Of a stretch of 64,000 nucleotides of DNA, positions 42,525-52,779 are shown one piece after another; position 1 is the first letter of the stretch, and each line of letters opens with the position of its first letter. Origin of the DNA: Mobula hypostoma (taxonomy: Eukaryota); the NCBI RefSeq assembly GCF_963921235.1, contig NC_086108.1:99140001-99204000 (forward strand). The letters run 5' to 3'. Both the position numbers and the translations under genes were made by a program. The notes under the pieces were generated by a model. It made no database searches and had not been told where the DNA came from. It saw only the letters and a list, made by a program, of their open reading frames with translations.

Positions 42525-42905
42525 CCTACCATGTTAGCTGAAACCCTCCTCGAATCTCCATCCAACATACCCACAGCATATTGGTCTCCCTCGGGTTCAG
42601 GTGTAACCCATCCTTTTTGAAAAAGGTTGTACCTTCTCCAGAAAAGACCCCAATAATCCAAAAACCTGAAACCCCATCCCATGCATCAGTTCCTCAGCCA
42701 CGCATTCATCTACCAAATCATCCTGTCTGTATCCTCACTGGCATGTGGCACAGGCAACAATCCAGAGATTATAACCCTGGAGGTCCCACCTAACTCCCTG
42801 TAGTCTCTCTTCAGACCTCTTCCCCTTTCCTATCTGTGTTGTTGGTACCAATATGCACCACAATTTCTGGCTGCTCATCTTTCCCCTTTAGAATGGCATG
42901 GACCT
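42525..42905 (-). mobile_element. CR1 ORF1 esterase fragment
   Basis: Similar to 40300-40600; encodes GFRFLDYWGLFW. Confidence 0.75.
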
Positions 42906-43079
42906 GATACTAGATATCCCTGATGCTGATGTATCCAGATAAGGTCTGGAAAACAAAGAAAACTGCAGATGCTGGTATTTGAAACAAAAACAGATGCTGG
43001 AAGAACCCAGACAGCCAAGCAGTATCTGTGGAAAGAGAACCAGTTCTATCTTCCTCTGAACTGGAAGTGGAATCCTTCT

Positions 43080-43468
43080 CCCCCTTGTACCCCATCCGTT
43101 ATTTATTTATATACACACATTCTTTCTCTCTCTCTCCTTTTTCTCCCTCTGTCCCTCTGACTATACCCCTTGCCCATCCTCTGGGTTTTTCTTCCCCTCC
43201 CCCTTTTCCTTCTCCCTGAGCCTCCTGTCCCATGATCCTCTCATATTCCTTTTGCCAATCACTTGTCCAGCTCTTGGCTCCATCCCTCCCCCTCCTGTTT
43301 TCTCCTATCATTTCGGATCTCCCCCTCCCTCTCCCACTTTCAAATCCCTTACTCACTCTTCCTTCAGTTAGTCCTGACGAAGGGTCTCGGCCTGAAACGT
43401 CGACTGTTCCTCTTCCTAGAGATGCTGCCTGGCCTGCTGCGTTCACCAGCAACTTTGATGTGTGTTGT
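43080..43468 (+). mobile_element. Penelope pseudo-LTR fragment, preceded by an older inverted Penelope tail at about 42950-43045
   Basis: Highly similar to 37900-38283. Confidence 0.88.
43370..43405 (+). ncRNA. minimal hammerhead ribozyme motif
   Basis: agtcCTGACGAagggtctcggcctGAAAcgtcgact, identical to 38185-38220. Confidence 0.85.
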
Positions 43469-43505
43469 TAGTGGAATTAGAACTGGTTTATTTTGCTACT
43501 GACAT

Positions 43506-44022
43506 GCGGGGTGTATGGAGAGTCCAGGGAGGGTAGCACCTCTGGTGAAGGGATTTGTTGCGTCTATTCTGGGGCAGCTCAGTCACCTTCGGTCTCCACC
43601 GCACCCAGCTCTCACCTACGGCTCCAAGTAGCTGTTTTCATGTGACAGTGGCCACACCTCAGTACACAGGTGAGCTAAACCAGGTGAGGGTAGCCTGCAT
43701 CCTCATACCCTGGTGAGTTAGGGACACACCAGTCCTAGCATGCGCAGTCAACTCCAGTGGAATGGGTAGATGAGATCTACAGTGAGGGCCAACGGTTAGG
43801 AAGGTGGTACTGCCAGATCCCATGGAGAGCAAAGGACATGACAAGGCATCATGGTCATCCACTGCTATGAAGGAAGATCCCAGTTTGTAACATTTCTTCC
43901 AACCACTGGACCTGGGCTTCTGAGATCGAGAGAGTGGAACTGCTCCAGCGCAACAGCTTTTGCACTTCAAAAACTCTCCCGCACAGGTCTCCTATCATTG
44001 TCGGACATGATGAGCAACCACC
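43506..44022 (+). mobile_element. non-autonomous retroposon, probably RTE-related, with a predicted 5' HDV-like ribozyme
   Basis: Imperfect 8-bp TSD ACTGACAT (43498-43505) / ACTGAGAT (44023-44030), short (CAC)n tail, no ORF. Confidence 0.65.
43508..43691 (+). ncRNA. candidate HDV-like ribozyme (degenerate copy)
   Basis: P1 GGGGTGT/ACACCTC, P2 GCTCTCACCT/AGGTGAGGGT, P3 GGC/GCC, L3 TCCAAGT and J4/2 GCTAAA occur in the nested double-pseudoknot order. Confidence 0.6.
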
Positions 44023-44209
44023 ACTGAGATACAGTAAAAAGTATTTGTCTGCATGTGATCAGGACAGGTTACGCCATACAGAATGCAGAATGTCGTGTTG
44101 CAGCTACAGAGAGAATGAAGAGGGAGTTTGTGGAAATACTTATAGTTCTATCAGTTTACTGACCAAACTGATTAAGTGATTGGTTTTGTTCAGTCCTCAG
44201 GACAACTCA

Positions 44210-44375
44210 GAGCTTCCAGCGGCACTTTCTCACTCCCACTCTGATTCTGACCTGTCTGCCTGCAGCCTCCTTCACTGGCACCGGGAGGCCCGACGTAAAC
44301 CAAAAGAACATCTCGGGTCTTCTGCAGCCACACACAAGATACTGAGGAACTCAACGCGTCAGGCAGCACCCTTTA
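44210..44375. mobile_element. old Penelope remnants: GIY-YIG fragment (+) followed by an inverted tail (-)
   Basis: ELP...SHSHSDSDLSACSLLHWHREARRKPKEHL aligns by eye with SHSHSDMSIHGLLYCKDEATLRLEEQHL at about 37745-37830. Confidence 0.6.
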
Positions 44376-44566
44376 TGGTAACAGAACCTTCACGCCGCCC
44401 TATTACACCCATGTGACCAAATAACCTACTAACCCGTATGTCTTTGAAAGGTGGGGGGAAGTCGGAGCACCCGAAGGACACCCACGCCGTCATGGGGAGA
44501 ATGTACTATCTCCTTGGAGACCGCAGCACGGATTGAATCCGGATCACTGGTGCCCTAATAGTATTA

Positions 44567-45151
44567 GAAGGAGGAGGAAGCCCTCTGTTGGTCGAGGTTG
44601 ACCACGGATGTTGTGTCCTAGTTGTCTACATGACACGCAAACACGTGCAGCGGGCTCCCTCTCACCACGCAGCTGATGCATCCAAAGGAACGGCAGAGAC
44701 TGACACAGTTTGACCAGGGGTGTCACAAGAGTTCCCAGTCAGCATTGAACTCAATGTAGGACTGCCTTAGGGACTCCAACTCCACATTTTTCCTCGAGGC
44801 TTACTCCCGAAACCTCCTCCTATGAGTGAGTATAGCCACAAGGTAGCAGAGATTTGAGATCAGAGTTTTCCTTCTCCGAGGTGAGCTGCCAACCACGGCT
44901 AATGAGCCCCATCTGCCCAAAGCGACTGGTTTTAATGCACCAGTAACTCGCCTTTGCCCCTTCTCCTGTCAGTAGAAATGGTTCCACCAGGCTTAGTAGC
45001 TAAGCCACACGTGACGGGCAGGAGTTGGACTTGGTTGTCAGGGGCTATTTGAGGCGCAGACCTTTCGAAGCATTTAACAGGTAGTGGGAGTTTATCCCCA
45101 CTACCCTACCCCCCCCCCCCACCACTGGCTATAGCAACCTTCAGGAACCTG
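44567..45151 (-). mobile_element. non-autonomous retroposon, probably RTE-related, with 11-bp TSD and a predicted 5' HDV-like ribozyme
   Basis: TAATAGTATTA at 44556-44566 and 45152-45162, (CCT/CTT)n tail, no ORF. Confidence 0.75.
44963..45149 (-). ncRNA. candidate HDV-like ribozyme, P4-less (degenerate copy)
   Basis: Minus strand: P1 GGTTCC/GGAACC, P2 CTCCTG/CAGGAG, P3 CCC/GGT (one mismatch), L3 GTCACGT (CPEB3 L3 is TTCACGT), J4/2 CTGA. Confidence 0.55.
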
Positions 45152-46011
45152 TAATAGTATTACATTAATCATTATGCTATGGTTCTTCATCTGTGGAAGG
45201 AAGTGGACAATCAATGTGTCTCTGGTTGAGACTTTTTTTCTGGATCAGTGAACGATCGACCTGATATGTCAACTGTCTATTTTCTTTCCGAGGCGCTGCC
45301 TGATGCCAAGATGGTGCCGAGCTGTGGTCTCTGTTGGGGTCATCGATCAGACATAGTTGTTTTGGGGACAGAGAAGTGAGTTTGGATTCAGGTTACGGTT
45401 TAGAGGCAAGGATATGGGGAGTTAGGGGTTCTATTAGGGTTTAGGAAAAGGGATGTCGAGGAGTTAGAAGCCAGATCAGAGTCCAGGCCTCTGCTCCATA
45501 CTCCATGCCTGAAGGTCAACACACTCACAGAGGTATGGACATAGACGTGCAACAAAGGACATTGGTGGAGGTTGGGCTGTCCCATGTTGGTGGGTTCTGC
45601 TATCAGATGTCCATTTGAGCAGGAGGCATGAGAGCCAGTAAGTCTGCAAACACGTAGTCTGTGGCCTGGTGTTCAGGGTCCCATCATTATCTAGCCCGGG
45701 CATCGATAACGAAGATGGAAGTCCAGTAGTCTGAGCCCTATTGCCGAAGCCTGGAACCTGGAGGCCCAGAGGCCTGTCCTGGAGTTGGAGGACTGTCCGT
45801 GTGTGGTGGGAGGGATGAAAAGGGCTTGTTTTGCTGTTGGTTGTGTTCTGTTTTATTGCGTTCTGTGCTGTTCTGCTGAGCATTGTGGACATGCTATGTT
45901 GGCACTGGGTGTGTGGCCATACTTGTAGGCTGTCCCCAGTACATCCTTGATGTGTTGGTTGTTAAGACAAGTGGCACATTTCACTGTATGTTTCATTGTA
46001 CACATGATAAT

Positions 46012-46485
46012 GGTGTGACCGCATAGTGGTTAGCACAACGCTTTACTGCACAGCAAACCCAGGTTCAATGCCCACTGTTGCCTGTAAGGACGTAAACACG
46101 AGGAATTCTGCAGATGCTGGAAATTCAAGCAGCACACATCAAAGTTGCTGGATCATCAAAGTCCTGACGAAGGGTCTCGGCCCGAAACGTCGACTGTACC
46201 TCTTCCTAGAGATGCTGCCTGGCCTGCTGCGTTCTCCAGCAACTTTGATGTGTGTTGCCTGTAAGGATTTCATATATTCTCTTCGTGACTGTGTGGGTTT
46301 CCTCCGCATGCTCCGGTTTCTTCCCACAGTCCAAAGACGTACCGGTTGGTTGGTTAATTAGTTATTGTAAATTGTCCCCTGATTAGGTTTGGGTTAAATT
46401 GGGTTTGTTGGGTGGGGCAGCTCGAAGGACCGGAAGGGCCGATTCCATGCTGTATCTCAATAAATCAGTAAATAAATAAATAAAA
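46012..46485 (+). mobile_element. V-SINE with (TAAA)n tail, split by a mini-Penelope
   Basis: A and B boxes, V core gggtttcctccgcatgctccggtttcttcccacagtccaaagac, and a (TAAA)n tail. Confidence 0.85.
46091..46252 (+). mobile_element. 162-bp ORF-less Penelope derivative (inverted tail + hammerhead + tail) with 15-bp flanking direct repeat
   Basis: TGTTGCCTGTAAGGA at 46076-46090 and 46253-46267. Intact hammerhead at 46160-46195. Confidence 0.88.
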
Positions 46486-46719
46486 TAACTAAGTTAAACT
46501 GAATCTGAATCTGAGACTGATCCATTGAGTTCGGCCAGCACATTGTGTGTAACCCTAGATTCTACCATCTGCTGACCATTTGTATCAGTGTCTTGTCTTC
46601 AGTGTTGGCAACATTCTGGTATGTGCACTTCAGGAAAACTGCTCCCTCATCATTTCTCATTATCCTGCCCGTGTCTCCTCTCACCTCATCTCTGTAAAAT
46701 AACTCATTAGTGATCGGTT

Positions 46720-46895
46720 CAAGCAACACACAGAAAATGCTGGAGGAACTCAGCAGGTCAGGCAGCAGTCAACGTTTCAGGCTGAAACCCTTCATCAGGA
46801 CTGGGTGATTTCGAACGTTTAATCTTTTCCATAGGTGCTGCCTGGCCTGCTGTGTTTCTCCTGCATTGTGTATGTGTTGCTTGGACTTCCAGCAT
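46720..46895. mobile_element. inverted pair of Penelope tails with an intact minus-strand hammerhead (46766-46803)
   Basis: Minus strand reads cagtcCTGATGAagggtttcagcctGAAAcgttgactg. The two arms are imperfect reverse complements of each other. Confidence 0.8.
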
Positions 46896-47249
46896 CTTGT
46901 TTCTAAATGATCAGTTCATGCTCTTTATTATCTAACCTGCTTTAACCTTCTCCATATTACACTGAACCCTTACTCCTCGCTCCTCTCTGTAACTCTGTTT
47001 TTAAACACTGCTAACCCTCTATTCTCAGCTGGTCTGAAACCTTAAATGGCTTCTTATTCCACAGGAACTATTTGACTGGATAAGTCTTTCCACCATTTTG
47101 TTGATACCATAAGGCCTATCTATGTCAGCATGACACTATGTAGAACACATTGGATCAGATTTATTATCACCAACTTAACTGATATGAAACTTCTTGTTTT
47201 AGTGCGACAGTACAGTGCAAACTTAAAGCTCTTAAAAGTCTTTAAAGAT

Positions 47250-47575
47250 CTTAAAGATTAGCTTTATTTGTCACATGTACATTGAAACTTCAAAACAACA
47301 GTAAAATGCATGATTTGCATCAAATCAAATCAAATTAGTGAAGATTTGTGCTGGGCTGCCTGCAAGTGTTGCTACACCTCTGGCCCCTCTATTCCATGCC
47401 CACAACTTACTAATCCTAACCGTACGTCTTTGGAATTCAGGAGCGAACCAGAGCACGTGGAGGAAACCTGCATAGTCACAGAGAGAACGTACAAACTTCT
47501 TACAGGCAGGAGTGGGAATTGAACCCCACTCTTACGGTTGTGTCTTACAGGATTTAACTGCAAAGCTACTGTGGT
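47250..47575 (-). mobile_element. V-SINE
   Basis: Reverse complement of the SINE type at 56722-57052. Confidence 0.75.
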
Positions 47576-47659
47576 GCTCCATTACAAAAGTATGGTATTG
47601 TTTTACCAAGAGCATTTACCAAATGTTGTCAAAAAGCAGAATAACGTGGTAGTGTTCAT

Positions 47660-47812
47660 TATAGGCATCCGTTAGTCTTGTGTGACCTTGGATTTGCACC
47701 TTGCAAGGTTTCCAGGGCACAGGCCTGGACAAGGTTGTATGGAAGACCGGCAGTTGCCCATGCTGCAAGTCTCCTCTCTCCACGCCACCCATGTTGTCCA
47801 AGGGAAGGGCAG
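47660..47812 (-). mobile_element. short retroposon 3' fragment (possibly RTE-related)
   Basis: GC-richer block flanked by a repeated GTTCAT (47654-47659 and 47814-47819). Family assignment is by recollection only. Confidence 0.4.
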
Positions 47813-48494
47813 AGTTCATGGACTGTTCAGAAATCTGTTTGGGTGATGGAAGCAGGTACTCTCACTAAGAAGTTTTGAAATTACTCTGTGAATTGCCAAG
47901 GCATTTAAATCAATGGACCAAATGCTGATAGATGGTATTAGTACAGATTGGTCATTGCTGGTAGACATTGGCAATGTGCCAATGGGAAATTTTCTATGCT
48001 GCATTACTCTATATACCTTTCAGTTTGTGAGCTCTTATTTATTAATGAATATTTTTTGATTCTACTGTTATAGAGATGTTTTAGCAATAGAGTCACACCT
48101 GACTGTCCGGGTAAAAACGATCATCCATTCTGTTGAGAATGCTTCGAAGCAATGTCACCATTAGAGTTAATACAGTGTAGGAGAGTGTCAGTGACAAACC
48201 TTACTAAACCGTAGGGATGGTTCAGATGTAAACTTCCCCCTGCTCAGATCTGATCAAATACAGTGCACAGATGCTTTGGCACAAAAGGACTCATTTTCCT
48301 ATCCATTTCAAATCTCTCATCGCCCACCACGAGAAAGATCGAGAAAGACAGATTTTCCATTGGTAGCTTGCTGCTGTCCAATTGATATTAATGTATTCTC
48401 ATCTCCCACTTTTCATGAATGTGAACAAGAAATTTCACGAGTCCATCTATATACAAATGTCCTCCGAGCCACTTTTCCATTGACCAGTTCTTAG

Positions 48495-48875
48495 ATCATA
48501 AGACATTGGAGAAAAATTTGGCCATTCAGCCCAATGAGTCTGCCTTGCCATATCATCATGACTGATCCATTTCCTTCTCAACCCAATTCTCCTGCCTTCT
48601 CCCCATAACCTTTCACACCCTGACTAATCACAAACCTGTCAACCTCCACCTTAAATGCACCCAATGAGCTGCCTTCTGTAGCCACCAGTGTCAATGAATT
48701 CCATAGGTTCACCATCCCCTGGATAAAGAAATTCCTTTTCATCTCTGTTCTAAATGGATATGCCTCTGTTTTGAGGCTGTGCCCTCTGGTCCTAGACTCC
48801 CCCACCAAACGATACTTCCTCTTCACATACACTCTATCTAGGACTTCCAACATTCCATAGGTTTCAATGAGATAA
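48495..48875 (-). mobile_element. CR1 3' end
   Basis: GESRTRGHSLK...FRTEMKRNFF..MVNLWNSL...FKVEVDRF plus the 3' UTR. Confidence 0.9.
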
Positions 48876-48944
48876 ATCCTGTAAATGTTGTGAATTGGTG
48901 GAGATTGTTAGTCCACTAGCTCACAGTAACACCAGTACACATGA

Positions 48945-49668
48945 AGATAGAAGCAGGAAAAGACCACTCTGCCCCTCAAACCTGTCCCAACATTCAATAG
49001 GATCATGGTTGATCCATGCTGCCCTCAACACCTCTTCTCTGCCATTTCCCTAGTCTGCTTAGTTCTTTGATTCCTCAAATATGCATTTATCTTCAGTTTA
49101 AAAACTTCCAATGATCTTGCCTGCTCCATCCTGTGGATCAGTTCAGCTTTAAATGACTGGCCCTTCTTTTGTAAATACGTATGTCCCCTTGTTCAAGAAG
49201 CTCACTCATTGAAAACATAGAGCCAGACAGCACAGACAGGCCATTCGGCCCATCTAGTCCATGCTAAACTGTTTAAATTGCCTACTCCCATCAATCTACA
49301 CCCTGATGACAGCCCTCTATATTCCTACCATACAAACTTCTCTTAACTGTTGAAACTGAGCTCGCATGCACCACTTGTGCTGGCAGCTCATTTCACACTC
49401 TCACAGCCCTCTGAGTGAAGAAATTTCCCATTATTCCCCCCTCAAACCTTTCACATCTACCCTGACAATCACTAGGAAATTCTCAAACTCTTTATCCCTT
49501 ATTACTGGGATTTTTACAGGCTCATCTATGCTATCAGGGATATTTACAGTGAAGACTGATGCAAAAAATATTGGTTCAACATATCTCCCATTTCTTTGTT
49601 TCCTGTAGTGAATTCATCAGCTCCCTTCTCCAGAGGGCCCATATTTACTTTAACAACCCTCTTCGTGT
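48945..49668 (-). mobile_element. cluster of old CR1 3' ends and an ORF2 scrap
   Basis: Repeated ggccattcggccc/ccactctgcccc 3' UTR motifs, and acagtgaagactgatgcaaa encoding FASVFT on the minus strand. Confidence 0.6.
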
Positions 49669-49669
49669 T

Positions 49670-50228
49670 TACATTAAGGAACCCTTTTATTATGTACCTC
49701 CTGTACCTAATAAAGTGGCCACTGAGTGTATGTTCGTGGTCTTCTGATGCTGTAGCCCATCCACTTCAAGGTTTGACATGTTGTGCATTCAGAGGTGCTC
49801 GTCTGCACACCACAGTTGTAATGTGCAGTTATTTAAGTTACTGTCGCTTTCCTGCCAGCTTGAACCAGTCTGGCCATTCTCTGCTGATCTCTCATTGACA
49901 AGATATTTTTACCCACAGAACTGCCACCCACTGGATGTTTTTTTTTTATTGCTCCATTCTCTGTAAACTCTAGAGACTGTTGTGCATGAAAATCTCAGGA
50001 GATCAGCAGTTTCTGAGATCCACAAACCAAACCATCTGGGCACCAACAATCATTCCATGGTCAAAGTCACTTAGATCATATTTCTTTCTCATTCTGATGG
50101 CTTGTCTGATCAACTGGGCCTCTTGACCATAGTTGCATGCTTCATTGCATATTGAGCTGCTGCCACATGATTGGCTGATTATATATTTGCATTAAAGAGC
50201 AGGCGTACAGGTGACCACTGAGGGTATA
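49670..50228 (-). mobile_element. internally deleted Tc1/mariner transposon
   Basis: TIR motif tacactcagtggccactttattaggtac, TA ends, and a decayed transposase N-terminus (DLSDFDHGMIVGA...ISETADLL.FS.TTVSRVYREW). Confidence 0.85.
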
Positions 50229-50454
50229 ACTCCATAGAAACTAACAATCTGTTTTGATATTACACAATCAATTCTGTTCCTTCTTATGAGCTTTTAGTCT
50301 TCAGTACTGAATCCTAAAAACTTCCCAATCCCCTGGCCATCCACTAAACTTGACATTTTTATGCCCTACTTTTCAATTTAACAATATCTTTAACTATCTT
50401 TGTTAACCCCACATGTTGTGCCTCTTTCCTAAGGAACCCATCTTTCTGAATGGG

Positions 50455-50792
50455 ATTGCAGAGGGTTTTGGACTCAGCCTGTTCCATAATGGACACAACC
50501 TTCTGTGCCATCAAGAGGCAATGAAGGTAGCATTCATCATTAAAAACCCTCACCATCCAGGACATGCCTTCTTCTCATTTCTACCACTGGGAAAGAGGTA
50601 CAGGAGCCTGAAGACTCCCACTCAATGTTTTAGGATTAGCTTTTACCCCTCTGCTATCAGATTTCTGAATGATCCATGAAGACTACCTCACTATTTTTCG
50701 TTAGCACTAAATAACTTATAGTAATTTTTAAGTTTTGCTGTTATTAAACATCAAATTTTACAACATATACCAGTGATTAAATCTGATTCTGA
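50455..50792 (+). mobile_element. Rex1/Babar- or L2-like LINE 3' end
   Basis: IIKNPHHPGHAFFSFLPLGKRYRSLKTPTQCFRISFYPSAIRFLN and a (GATTCT)n tail. Confidence 0.75.
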
Positions 50793-51074
50793 AATTCTTG
50801 GTGGGAATTAAGGGACAGCTGTTTGAATAAGTGCTGTAGTTAATCTACTATCGATCTAAGCTTATTTACCACTCCACCTTTGACAACATTACTTTCATAC
50901 TGCTAAAACTGTCCTTACTTAAGTTGACTTTAGTCTGAACTGCAAGCAGTTTCACAGGTCACCTAAAACTTTGACAAACTTCTGTAGATGCACAGTGAAA
51001 CTCTGCTGCAAGAAATGAGCATCCATCAGCCAGGCCATGCTCTCTCCTCACTACTCGCAGCAGAATCAGAATTC

Positions 51075-51218
51075 CAAACAAGAGAAAATCTGCAGACGTT
51101 GGAAATCAAAGCAACACACACAAAATGCTTGAGGAACTCAGCAGTCCAGGCAGCATCTTTGGAAAAGAGTACAGTCGGCCTTTCGGGCCGAGACCCTTCA
51201 TTAAGACCTTCATCAGAA
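51075..51218 (-). mobile_element. Penelope tail with a damaged hammerhead, nested in LINE tails (about 50975-51530)
   Basis: Reverse complement of the 38180-38315 type. The core reads TAATGA and has a partial duplication. Confidence 0.75.
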
Positions 51219-51534
51219 TTCCACCAGGATTAGAATCAGGTTTATTATCACTGATGTATGTTGTGAAATTTGATGTTTTATGGCAACAGTACCTAAAAAT
51301 TATGATTAAGTCCCACACCACCAGGTTCAGGATCAGTTATTATCCTACAATCATCAGGCTCCTGAACCAGTGTGGATAACTTCACTCATCTCAGTACTGA
51401 ACTGACTTCACAACCTATAGTCACACTTTCAAGGGCTATACAACTCAGTATTATTTATTTTTTTTAATTATTTGCATGATTTGTCTTCTTTTGTACATTG
51501 GTTTTTTGTCAGTCTCTTTTTTTTTATAAACAGA

Positions 51535-52020
51535 TAACACACGCTGGAAGAACTCAGCAGGTCAGGCAGCATCTGTGAAAATGAGCAGAAAGTCGATGTT
51601 TTGTGCCAAGACCTTTCATCAGGACTGAGAAGGAAGGGGGGAGATGACAGAATAAAAAGGTGGGGAGAGGGGAGAGAGGCTAGCTGGAAGATGATAGGTG
51701 AAGCCAGGTGGGTGGGGAAAGTCAAGGGTCTGAGAGGAAGGAATCTGTTAGGAGAGGAGAGTGGACCATAGGAGAAAGGGAAGGAGGAGGAGCACCATGG
51801 GGAGGTCATAAGCAGGTGAGAAGAGGTAAAAGGTCAGAGTAGGGAATAGAGGAGGTGGAGGGTGGAATTTATTTATCAGATGGAGAAATTGATATTTATG
51901 CCATGAGGTTGGAGATCACACAGTTGGAATATAAGGTGTTGCTCCTCCAACCAGAGGGTGGCCTAAGAAGAGGCCATGGACCAACATGTCACAATGGAAT
52001 TGGGAATTGGAATTAAAATA
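51535..52020 (-). mobile_element. Penelope 3' fragment (GIY-YIG C-terminus, pseudo-LTR, damaged hammerhead)
   Basis: Minus strand encodes LEEQHLIF. The hammerhead remnant is CTGATGA...CAAAA. Confidence 0.8.
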
Positions 52021-52779
52021 GTTTTTCATGAATTTTATTGCATTTCTTTTTTTCCTGTAAATGCCTGAAAGAAAGCAAATATCAAGGTAGTATAAAATGA
52101 CATATATGTACTTTGATAATAAATTTACTTTGAACTTTGAATGGTTCAAAGAGCTGTCCATGTCATTTTAATCAAATGCTTCTATCAAATCTAGATCTGC
52201 TGCATCTGAGTAATTAATAAAATGGATACTGCAAGGAATTCAGCTGTTCCCAAAATAGTATGAATATATTGTCAACATCAGTCATTAGCTCCAGAATCCT
52301 GGATCTACTTTATTCTCAACCTTATTAAGTATTTCACTGTGAAGTATGAATAATAACATGGACTGATTTAGATAGATAATCACAGTTTGCACTAAAATGC
52401 CTACAAGGCACCATCTGGTAATAGTTCAATATGTGATGATTTAGGTAAAACTCTTCTGAAAATCCTGAGGATATTTACAGCCAGTGTTAAGATTTCACGC
52501 TTTACAAATTCCATGATGCTCTGCTATCCACATTCCTAATGTTAGTGCAGAGAAGCAGTATTTACAGGGCCAATAGAAGAGAAATTTCTAACAACAGCAT
52601 AATAGCAAAACTAAGATATTCAGCCCTTTGAACCTGTTCCACCATCCAATGAGATCATGGCTCATGGGAGACCCAGCTTTTCACTGACAAAAAAAAATTG
52701 GTCTCAGTTTTAAATTTAACAATTAACAACAGCTCGAGCAGCAACTCCAATTTTAGGTTTATCCATCATCCTTTGCATC

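Larger units (their letters stand above)
44385..45182 (-). mobile_element. V-SINE split by an insertion
   Basis: Reverse-complement V domain and B box at 44430-44566. The A-box end resumes at 45152-45182. Confidence 0.75.
45305..46516 (+). mobile_element. non-coding retroposon with nested SINE
   Basis: Starts gccAAGATGGtg and ends (TGAATC)n. It interrupts an old Penelope tail (gctgcctgat|ccattgagttc) with CTGAT on both sides. Confidence 0.55.

Noticed and set aside
44950..45030. Twister ribozyme reading of the CTCCTG...AAGCC...CAGGAG segment
   Set aside because: The T1 pseudoknot partner is missing; the HDV-like topology fits better.
52200..52600. Unique AT-rich island as a possible exon
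   Set aside because: Only short frames, with no convincing splice pair and no recognisable peptide.
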